Of a stretch of DNA of 64,000 bases, positions 57,021 through 64,000 are shown in pieces. The notes below the pieces were generated by a model. The model made no database searches, was not told where the DNA came from, and was given only the letters and a program-made list of their open reading frames with translations. The stretch's first letter is position 1. Each line of letters opens with the position of its first letter. Source of the stretch: a virus. Its lineage: Duplodnaviria; Caudoviricetes. Position numbers and translations under genes: made by a program. The stretch is taken from positions 32,001 through 96,000 of the IMG/VR virus record IMGVR_UViG_3300036784_000120; one strand, 5' to 3'.

Positions 57021-57213
57021 CAGTGCTCACCTCCGCTGACCCCACTGCCCGGATCACCGCCTTATATCCTCCGTTTTCCCCTGACCGCGGCGAGACCCTT
57101 CCAGTCGACGCGGGGCGGTGGCCTGTCGGCGTCGGCGTGTGCCTTCTCGGCTCATCCCGGACGATCACCTCCCAGTAATCCCCCCTCGCCTGCCCAGGGG
57201 TGCTCTATCCGGG

Positions 57214-57645
57214 TCACTGTGCCTTCTCCAGTTCGGTCCATGGTCGCAGCCCGGTGATCAGCGGCCGGGTGGTACCGAGGACATGCTGCAAGACAACCGG
57301 GAACACCAGCGGGCCACCGGAAACGCGGTAGACCTCAATGAGGCGCGGCGCGGCCGCGAGGCCCGGTACCGACCGGATCGCGTCGTCCCCCTCCGGGGTC
57401 GCGGCTATCACGGCGTCCAGGCCGTCCGTGACCTCGAGGTCGCGGACCTCACCGCGGCACCTGCATGGGTCGCTGGTGTGCTCTCCGCTGTCATCCTCCG
57501 CCAGCTGGAAGGGCACCACGCCGAACACGCCTGCGTTGAACGCCCCCACGATGCCGCCCAGGTACTCGGGAGTGAAGTCCAGGTCGATGCGGTCCCGGTA
57601 CCTGAACGGCCCGGACGGCAGCACCTGCACACGCCACAGGCTCAC
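57214..57645 (-). CDS. Hypothetical protein
   Basis: GTGA overlap. Confidence 0.5.
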   Translation of the reverse strand: MSLWRVQVLPSGPFRYRDRIDLDFTPEYLGGIVGAFNAGVFGVVPFQLAEDDSGEHTSDPCRCRGEVRDLEVTDGLDAVIAATPEGDDAIRSVPGLAAAPRLIEVYRVSGGPLVFPVVLQHVLGTTRPLITGLRPWTELEKAQ

Positions 57646-58076
57646 GGGACCTGCACCCACTCCCCGGCCGCAGCCCGCCAAGCGAACGCCCGCTTCTCCC
57701 CGCCGGTCTCCCGGAGGATCGTGCCGTCTTCCCGCCCCGGCACGGCCTTGGCCGCCTTGAGGGCCCCGGGGGTGACGTACTCCACCGGCACCTCACGGAG
57801 CCCGTCGAGCTCGGCGCGGAGCCGGGCGATCTCCGCGTCCTTCTCGCTCAGCTGGCCGCGCAGGAACGCCAGGGCACCGCCGGCCGCCCGCCGCATCCAC
57901 GGCCGGGCGGTGACCTCAGTCCCGGCCACCGCCGTGTCGGCTGCCTCCTGGCCGTCGAACGGGACGATGATCTCGCTGATATTGCTCAGGTACCCGCCGG
58001 CCACGTAGATGTCGAAGGGGCGGCCGAAGCGGATGACTAGCTCGTGTGAGCCGTCGGGAATGGAGTCAGTCACCAT
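57642..58076 (-). CDS. Hypothetical protein
   Basis: GGAGG RBS. Confidence 0.55.
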   Translation of the reverse strand: MVTDSIPDGSHELVIRFGRPFDIYVAGGYLSNISEIIVPFDGQEAADTAVAGTEVTARPWMRRAAGGALAFLRGQLSEKDAEIARLRAELDGLREVPVEYVTPGALKAAKAVPGREDGTILRETGGEKRAFAWRAAAGEWVQVP

Positions 58077-58296
58077 CGCCTCCGCGTCGCCAGACAGGAT
58101 CTGCGAAGTTGCGCCCGATCGGCACCCGGCACCACGTGCATGTGCTTTCCCGGTTCCCGCGGTTCCAGTCTTCCAGCTGCGGCCGGTGCCATCCGGTAGG
58201 TCCGGGGCACTGCTCGGCCGGAACGTCACTCGGCGGCGGGTAAGGGGGACGCTCCTGCGCTAGCCGGTCGGCCTGCTCAACGGTAAGCCTCGCCAT
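58066..58296 (-). CDS. Hypothetical protein
   Basis: TAATG coupling; CTWC. Confidence 0.5.
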   Translation of the reverse strand: MARLTVEQADRLAQERPPYPPPSDVPAEQCPGPTGWHRPQLEDWNRGNRESTCTWCRVPIGRNFADPVWRRGGDGD

Positions 58297-58679
58297 TAGT
58301 GATCGCGTACCCCTCTCATCGCGTTGCAGCGGCGCATGGTGTGCTTCCGCCATGGTCCCGGCTCCCAGATCGCGGGTTTCGGATGATCCCGCAGCCTGGT
58401 CGTCTCGGGGACCATGGTGACGAGTGTCCCGCAGCATTCGCAGGGAATCGGGTCGGTTGCCTCACCGGAATACGTGAAGTAGTCCTGCGACTCGGCCAGC
58501 GACCGGAACTCCTCGACGAGCTTCGGGTCACCGTTGAGGAAACGCTGCCGCAGCGCCTCCTCCGTCGCGCTGGGGAGCAGCGTCCGGAGACGCTGGTCCC
58601 CAGACCGCAGCTCAACCGTGCCGGGCGGCATGTCCGGGTCAAAGTTGAGGAGGCCCGCGAGCGGGTTTTCGTCAGCCAT
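58296..58679 (-). CDS. Hypothetical protein
   Basis: GGAG RBS; CECC. Confidence 0.55.
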   Translation of the reverse strand: MADENPLAGLLNFDPDMPPGTVELRSGDQRLRTLLPSATEEALRQRFLNGDPKLVEEFRSLAESQDYFTYSGEATDPIPCECCGTLVTMVPETTRLRDHPKPAIWEPGPWRKHTMRRCNAMRGVRDH

Positions 58680-59093
58680 CGCGTACGACTCCCTCCGCGA
58701 TCTGGCCGTCATCACCGATGATCCGCCACCACCCGTGGGGCAGGTTCGCCAGGACCATAACCGGGATCTGCGGTTTCAGCAGGTCCTCACCGGTGTTGAG
58801 GCTCGCGGTGAACTCGGCGAGGCCCGGCACGTACAGCTGCTGCAGCGCGGACGGCACCGCCGGGTGGCATTCCAGCCGGACACCGGCCGGCAGCCGCATC
58901 GGCCACACAGCATCACGGCACATCTTGTCCAGGCGGGCAGCCAGCCAGGTCGCGTCGGCTTCCTGCTGGGTCCAGCCGGGACACCGGACAGCCTCGCCCT
59001 GGCGGTGGGGGAAAAACTCGTGGTCGCCATGCGGGTGCCCGGACTTGTCCGTCCCGTACACGGCGTTCCGGCAGGCAGGCTGACGCAGCTCAC
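58672..59093 (-). CDS. Hypothetical protein with an apparent 1-nt frameshift near 59077
   Basis: The GTGA-coupled start is out of frame with the coding body. Confidence 0.45.
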
Positions 59094-59395
59094 CCACCAG
59101 TGCCTCCCGGCCGGCAGCGGGGGCAGAAATCCCCGTCAGGCAGTTCACGCCACCCGTCCGGGTAGCGCGGCGCGTCGAAGTCGAGTTCCGCTCGAGCACC
59201 GCAGCCGTTGCAGATGAGGACCGCGAGCCGCGTCGCTGCCTCGCCGATGTCCGGCAGCGACGCCTTCAGCTCGGCGGCCCGCTGCGCGAATCCCGCGGCG
59301 GGCAGCAGCTCCTCACGGAACTCGGCGGCGCCGGTCACGCGGTTGACTGTGAGGCGCTGCCGCACCCTCATCCCGTCACGCTCCTCACCCGTCAT
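59090..59395 (-). CDS. Zn-finger protein
   Basis: CNGC, CPRC. Confidence 0.55.
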   Translation of the reverse strand: MTGEERDGMRVRQRLTVNRVTGAAEFREELLPAAGFAQRAAELKASLPDIGEAATRLAVLICNGCGARAELDFDAPRYPDGWRELPDGDFCPRCRPGGTGG

Positions 59396-59823
59396 TCGTC
59401 GCCGTCCTCTGCTCGCAGTCTCGCAAGTTCGGCGCGGGCGGCGTCACTCATCAGTCCTTGGTTGCGTTCGGTGTATTCCAGCAGTTCACGGCGGCGGCGG
59501 CGGGAACGCTCTACAGTCAGCCACTCAGGCGTCGGCGGGGTAACGGCCTGATCCTCCGGCACGTCCATGGTGCGCTTGATGACCCGCACACGGTCGCCCT
59601 CAATGCTGTAGACCAGGCAGAGTACCCAGCCGTCCGCGCGCATAGCCGGGGTGAGTTCCTGCTCACCGGGCACGTGCTCCACCTGATCCGGGGTCACGCC
59701 CTCGGGAAGGGACATGTCTCCCGCCTGCCCGCGGGCGGCCTCGATCGCGGCTTCCTCAGTGCTGAACGGCAGCGCGTCCACATCATCATGCCGGTCCTCA
59801 ATGAGGACTATCCAGGTGTCCAT
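59392..59823 (-). CDS. Hypothetical protein
   Basis: MDTWIVLIEDRH... Confidence 0.55.
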   Translation of the reverse strand: MDTWIVLIEDRHDDVDALPFSTEEAAIEAARGQAGDMSLPEGVTPDQVEHVPGEQELTPAMRADGWVLCLVYSIEGDRVRVIKRTMDVPEDQAVTPPTPEWLTVERSRRRRRELLEYTERNQGLMSDAARAELARLRAEDGDE

Positions 59824-59957
59824 TGGGCTCACGGCACCTGCTCCCATCCGTGGATCTCAGCGAGGCGCGGCAGTTCGGCGGCCTTCAGCCCGTGGCAGGG
59901 TGCTTATCAGGTGCCGGGCACCGCAGCAGCAGCCGTCAACCTCAGACAGCATGCCCA

Positions 59958-60344
59958 TCAGATCAGGTCCTCCCCCTGCCCAGCTGCGGCGCGGATCCGC
60001 TGCTGCCAGTGCTCGCTCATCTCCACCGGCCACAGCCATTCGCGTGTGTCCGGGTCCTGACCGTACTCGGTCAGGGCGACATGACCGCGCCACGGCTGAC
60101 TGATCCGGCCCTGGGACAAGGCGGTGATGATCCGCTGCGCGGCCAGGTTCGCGGCGAACCGTTCCGGCATGGCAAGCGCGATGTCGGAGGCCAGCAGCCG
60201 CAGCGGCGCAGCGACCTGGGCGCCGGCCAGCGCGCCCGCGAACCCGCCCACGATCGTCTCCACCTCGCGTGTCGCCGTCAGCGGATACCAGGACAGGTCA
60301 CCGGACGGGGCGATGACTGCCCACCCCGGCGCGGCCCCGGTCAC
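59958..60344 (-). CDS. Hypothetical protein
   Basis: GTGA overlap. Confidence 0.55.
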   Translation of the reverse strand: MTGAAPGWAVIAPSGDLSWYPLTATREVETIVGGFAGALAGAQVAAPLRLLASDIALAMPERFAANLAAQRIITALSQGRISQPWRGHVALTEYGQDPDTREWLWPVEMSEHWQQRIRAAAGQGEDLI

Positions 60345-60676
60345 TGCGCCACTTCCCCGGCGAGGTCGTAGAACCGCTGCCACTCCTCGTCGTCGGCGTC
60401 GTACAGGAAGTCGTGCCCGGAACTGTAGGCGAGGTGGCGGCCCGGCTCAACCGTCTCGTACTCAATCCGCGACGGGTGATCATCGTAGGACCGCTTGTAC
60501 CGGACCACCAGCACCGGACCGGACGGGAACGTTACCTCGGCCAGTTCGGCGCGGGAGTCGGCCATGCGGGCGACGGCCGTAAGGTCGTTGAGTGGCTGGC
60601 CCGGCTCGTACCGTGCCGCGAACGAATCTTCCCTGCTGACCGGATCAGGCTTACGCCGGTAACGCCGCACGCTCAT
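60341..60676 (-). CDS. Hypothetical protein
   Basis: 111 aa, overlaps neighbours. Confidence 0.6.
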   Translation of the reverse strand: MSVRRYRRKPDPVSREDSFAARYEPGQPLNDLTAVARMADSRAELAEVTFPSGPVLVVRYKRSYDDHPSRIEYETVEPGRHLAYSSGHDFLYDADDEEWQRFYDLAGEVAQ

Positions 60677-61137
60677 CGCTGCTCGCCTTCCTCGCCGGCC
60701 AGGTGGGTGATGATCAGCGCGTACCCGTCCCGCCCGCCTGGGCGGCCGCCCTTGCCGACCTCTACCTCAACCTCGTCGGGCAGGTCGGCGGCGTCGAGGG
60801 AGTTGACCCGGATCTCGCCGGGCTCACCGTTCGACACCACGTACCCGTTGGGGTTGATCTTGCGGCCGAGGTGCGCGCGGGTGAACACCGCATCCCCTTG
60901 CCCGATCCAGCCGTGCCCGGCGCCCGCGCCCTGAAGCACGATGTCGACGCGGACGGCACGAGGCGGCTTGACCCACGTGCCGCTGCTGTCGAAATACTGG
61001 ATGTCAGGCCCAAGCGCGGCCGCGACGAATGCGCGGACAGCGTTTTCTGCACCCGGCTTCAGGCCGGCCGGGACACGCACCTGAAGCAGCGTGTTCCGGT
61101 TCCGGGCCGCCTGCGTTTCCCTGTCACGGTCAGGCAT
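60673..61137 (-). CDS. Hypothetical protein
   Basis: 154 aa. Confidence 0.55.
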   Translation of the reverse strand: MPDRDRETQAARNRNTLLQVRVPAGLKPGAENAVRAFVAAALGPDIQYFDSSGTWVKPPRAVRVDIVLQGAGAGHGWIGQGDAVFTRAHLGRKINPNGYVVSNGEPGEIRVNSLDAADLPDEVEVEVGKGGRPGGRDGYALIITHLAGEEGEQR

Positions 61138-61429
61138 TTGCTGCGCTCCTCATCCAGCCGCCGTCCTTCCAGACGTGGCCGCGTACCTGAACGAATCCGC
61201 CGGTGCTCAGCGGGGTGCCGCCCGCATCGGCTTCGGTGACCGCGCCGTCCGGCCATTCGTACTCAACCGGCTGCAGCTTCTGGTTGCGGCGGTGCGACCC
61301 GTGCCACACGTGCTGCATGCTCATCCGCGCTGCCCGCTTTTTCGGCCGGTCGCCGCACTGGCAGCCGATCACGATCCCGAGACCGGGAACCTTCACCCAC
61401 ACCGGCCAGTGGCCGTCTGCCGTGGTCAT
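61130..61429 (-). CDS. Hypothetical protein (CQCG)
   Basis: 99 aa. Confidence 0.5.
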   Translation of the reverse strand: MTTADGHWPVWVKVPGLGIVIGCQCGDRPKKRAARMSMQHVWHGSHRRNQKLQPVEYEWPDGAVTEADAGGTPLSTGGFVQVRGHVWKDGGWMRSAANA

Positions 61430-61677
61430 GGCGTCACCGGGTATTCGGTCAGCGTGCCGTCACGGCTGATGACCGCGACACCCAGCAGGGTGTCGTCGCC
61501 GTCCAGTGCCGGGTCGCCGACTGCGGCGGAGCGTGCCGTCTCGTGCGCGCCTTCCTCGCTGCTCACGCAGTAGGACAGGCCTTCGGCGGCGTAGATCATC
61601 ACCAGGGCGGCTTCGCGCGGCCCGCACAGGGCGGCGACAGCGCCGGTGAACTGCGGCGCGGTCATGGCGGCGGTCAT
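61426..61677 (-). CDS. Hypothetical protein
   Basis: 83 aa. Confidence 0.5.
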   Translation of the reverse strand: MTAAMTAPQFTGAVAALCGPREAALVMIYAAEGLSYCVSSEEGAHETARSAAVGDPALDGDDTLLGVAVISRDGTLTEYPVTP

Positions 61678-61688
61678 CGCGCTCTCCC

Positions 61689-62036
61689 TCAGAAGTTATG
61701 GTCATAGAATTCGTGGCGTCCGGGGGTGACCCGCTGCCCGTTGCTCATCCAGCCGTGCTTGGTGAACCGCACCGTGCGGGTAACACCGTCGGGGTCCCGC
61801 TCGAACGTCCACCGCTGGTCGCGGTCGTTGGAGGTGTGACCGAGGAAACCGCCGGGGTGAAAGTCTGGCTTCCACGCTGGGTCGATGGTGGCCTTGTCCC
61901 GCTGGATGGTGACGGTCTTCCCGCTCGCCGAGACGGCGGTCACGGTGTAGGCGTGCGCGTCCGTCATGTAGTGCAGCGTGGCGCCGCCGCCGACCTCGAA
62001 TGTGACTGGCGTCTGCTTGGTAGCGGTAGTGCTCAT
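61689..62036 (-). CDS. Conserved hypothetical phage protein
   Basis: VGGGAT..YMTDAHAYTV...GRHEFYDHNF. Confidence 0.65.
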   Translation of the reverse strand: MSTTATKQTPVTFEVGGGATLHYMTDAHAYTVTAVSASGKTVTIQRDKATIDPAWKPDFHPGGFLGHTSNDRDQRWTFERDPDGVTRTVRFTKHGWMSNGQRVTPGRHEFYDHNF

Positions 62037-62053
62037 GGTTCCTGCTTTCCTCG

Positions 62054-62095
62054 GCGGTATACCCACACCATAGCCGGGCGGTATACCGCTGTCAA
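62054..62095 (-). promoter_or_regulatory. Promoter TTGACA-17-TATGGT with paired GCGGTATACC operators
   Basis: Palindrome GCGGTATACCGC at 62078-62089 in the spacer; second copy at 62054-62064. Confidence 0.75.
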
Positions 62096-62122
62096 GCGGG
62101 GCACGCTGATACGCTGAACCGC

Positions 62123-62527
62123 ATGGGATTCCCGGTCGGTCCGTACGTCCCCGTGCTCATGGTGAGCTTGAGCTCAGAGCCGCTCTACCAGGCCGCTTGG
62201 TCGGGCCGTCTCCCGAATGTCGCAATCGGTGAGGCGTTCTGGGCGTCATCCCGCGACGTTCCCGGCCTCCTCGCCGCCGGGCTCGCTGAACTGGCGCCGG
62301 AAGGCACCCCGGCCCCGCCGGCCGAACCCGCGTGGACTGCGCACGGCCAGCCGGGGTTCGCGGCGGGCACGTCGAACTCGTCGCACCAGTGGGTGCCTTC
62401 CGCCGGGGGGACGGCGGACGGCGGCGGCCCCGCCCCGGCCGGGCAGCAGGACTATGGCGGGGTGATCGACGGGGGTCCGCCTGACGGGGGCACCCCGGCG
62501 GGGACGCTGGACGGCGGCAGCCCCTAA
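62123..62527 (+). CDS. Putative virion adaptor (SN motif plus DGG repeats)
   Basis: HGQPGFAAGTSN; ADGG, IDGG, PDGG, LDGG. Confidence 0.55.
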   Translation: MGFPVGPYVPVLMVSLSSEPLYQAAWSGRLPNVAIGEAFWASSRDVPGLLAAGLAELAPEGTPAPPAEPAWTAHGQPGFAAGTSNSSHQWVPSAGGTADGGGPAPAGQQDYGGVIDGGPPDGGTPAGTLDGGSP

Positions 62528-62537
62528 ATTCACCTGA

Positions 62538-62559
62538 TGCACGTGCATCGGCACGTGCG
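62538..62559. promoter_or_regulatory. TGCACGTGCA doublet operator, copy 4 (degenerate)
   Basis: TGCACGTGCA-TC-GGCACGTGCG, 11 nt before ATG 62571. Confidence 0.65.
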
Positions 62560-62570
62560 AAAATCAGGTC

Positions 62571-64000
62571 ATGATCGAGACCATCCGGCTGCGCCGGGGC
62601 ACCGCCGCGACCTGGACAGCAGACAACCCGGTCCTGAGCAGCGGCGAACCCGGGTATGAGACTGACACCGGGAAGGCAAAGGTCGGCGACGGGGCCACAG
62701 CATGGAACTCGCTGGGCTACTGGTCACCCGGTGGTGCCGGCTCCGGCGGCGGCTCCGGCACGGTCACCAGCGTGTCGGTCGCCACCGCGAACGGCTTCAC
62801 AGGCACCGTCGCTAACCCCACCACCATCCCGGCGGTCTCGGTTGGCACCAGCGTCACGGGGCTGCTGAAGGGCAACGGGACCGTCGTGTCCGCTGCGACG
62901 GCAGGCACCGACTACCTTGCGCCGAACGGCTCAGGCGCGGCGCTGACCGGCATCACGGCCGCGCAGGCGGGGGCGGACGCGGCCGGGGCAGCTGCCGCCG
63001 CGCAGGCGGCGGCGGTCGCCGCGTCAGCTCGGCTGCTCACCCCCACCGCCGTCAAGACATCCGGCTACACCGCCGCAGCCGGCGATTTCGTGCCGTGCGA
63101 CACCACTGGCGGATCGTTCACTGTCACCCTGCCCACGGCCCCGGCGGACCTGACTGCCGTCGGGATCAAGCAGGTCACCCAGGGCGGCACGAACACCGTC
63201 ACGGTCGCCTGCGGCGGGTCCGACGTATTCAACAAGGCGGGCGGCTCCGCATCGGGCACGCTGGCACTGCTCGCCCAGGGGATGCTGCTGCAGTACAAGG
63301 CGTCGCTGGGCGTCTGGTACGTCATGTCCGACGACCTGCCGCTGCCGCAGCTGGACGGCCGGTACCCCCAGCGGTCGAACAACCTGTCCGACCTGGCCAG
63401 CCTGACCACGGCCAACACCAACCTCGGCGCCCCCGTCAACGTGATCGCCTACGGTGCCAAGGGCGACGGCACCACCGATGACACGACCGCCATCCAGAAC
63501 GCTCTCAACGCAACCCGGACCGGGGGACGCTGCGTCTTCCCGCAGCCCGCCAGCTTCTACCTCATCAGCGCCGCACTCCAGGTCCCCAATGGCGTCTCAG
63601 TCCTCGGCCCCGCCGTCTCCCGCCCCGGCAAGAGCCGCACCGCGTCCACTGCCACTCCTGCCGTCATCAAAGTCGCCAACGGCGCGAACCTGAACGCGGT
63701 CATCACTGACAAGGTGTACCTCGCCGGCGGCACCGCGCCCGTCGCGCCCTCGGCGTCCATCCTCATCCGCGGCCTCGTCATCGACGGCAACAGCAGCAAC
63801 CAGGCCGGCGGCAACGGGCACGGCATCATCCTCGTCACCGAAGGCTCCTCGGTCGAGGAATGCGGGGTGCAGAACGTCCGCGGATCCGGCATCGTCATCG
63901 CCGACCAGAACGCCGCCGGGAACAACACCAGCAGCAGCCTCAACCAGCCCGAGAACGGCGTCTACCGCTGCAACGTCTATCAGCCCGGGGTGTCCGGCAT
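62571..64000 (+). CDS. Tailspike/fiber with Mtd-N-like N-terminus and pectate-lyase-like beta-helix (partial; not in ORF track)
   Basis: IRLRRGTAATWTADNPVLSSGEPGYETDTGKAKVGDG; VNVIAYGAKGDGTTDDTTAIQNALN. Confidence 0.85.
   Translation, partial: MIETIRLRRGTAATWTADNPVLSSGEPGYETDTGKAKVGDGATAWNSLGYWSPGGAGSGGGSGTVTSVSVATANGFTGTVANPTTIPAVSVGTSVTGLLKGNGTVVSAATAGTDYLAPNGSGAALTGITAAQAGADAAGAAAAAQAAAVAASARLLTPTAVKTSGYTAAAGDFVPCDTTGGSFTVTLPTAPADLTAVGIKQVTQGGTNTVTVACGGSDVFNKAGGSASGTLALLAQGMLLQYKASLGVWYVMSDDLPLPQLDGRYPQRSNNLSDLASLTTANTNLGAPVNVIAYGAKGDGTTDDTTAIQNALNATRTGGRCVFPQPASFYLISAALQVPNGVSVLGPAVSRPGKSRTASTATPAVIKVANGANLNAVITDKVYLAGGTAPVAPSASILIRGLVIDGNSSNQAGGNGHGIILVTEGSSVEECGVQNVRGSGIVIADQNAAGNNTSSSLNQPENGVYRCNVYQPGVSG

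Noticed and set aside
1-64000. Integrase, att site, CRISPR array, rRNA or reverse transcriptase
   Set aside because: None recognisable in this window, so lifestyle cannot be determined

Overview
High-GC segment of a tailed actinobacteriophage or prophage with siphovirus-like organisation; the host is probably a filamentous actinomycete, judging from rare TTA codons and leaderless promoters. On the minus strand, read right to left, it carries a membrane/lysis-like cassette, terminase, portal, a MuF head protein with an intein, three large modular proteins, protease/scaffold, capsid, decoration, head-tail and tail genes, ending in the tape measure. Accessory islands encode DNA-modification enzymes (Mom-like, DpdA/TGT-like, two MTases), a flavohemoglobin plus DivIVA pair, a beta clamp, orphan antitoxin-like regulators, a nucleotidyltransferase, a VIT1 transporter, a K+-channel-like protein and a beta-helix tailspike. 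Four observations stand out. (1) Three 7-nt inserts of the form codon-TTA-N-codon split the terminase (one) and the portal (two), the signature of UUA-dependent ribosomal bypassing. (2) The MuF intein has its endonuclease encoded on the opposite strand. (3) Candidate capsid-cargo polyproteins string ADP-ribosyltransferase and metallopeptidase modules between repeated [VIL][ED]L[AST] and RxxxG[ERQ][WF] motifs. (4) Two operator families occur: a TGCACGTGCA doublet (four copies) and a TGTACA pair (two copies). All functional calls come from motif recognition by eye; no database search was run.
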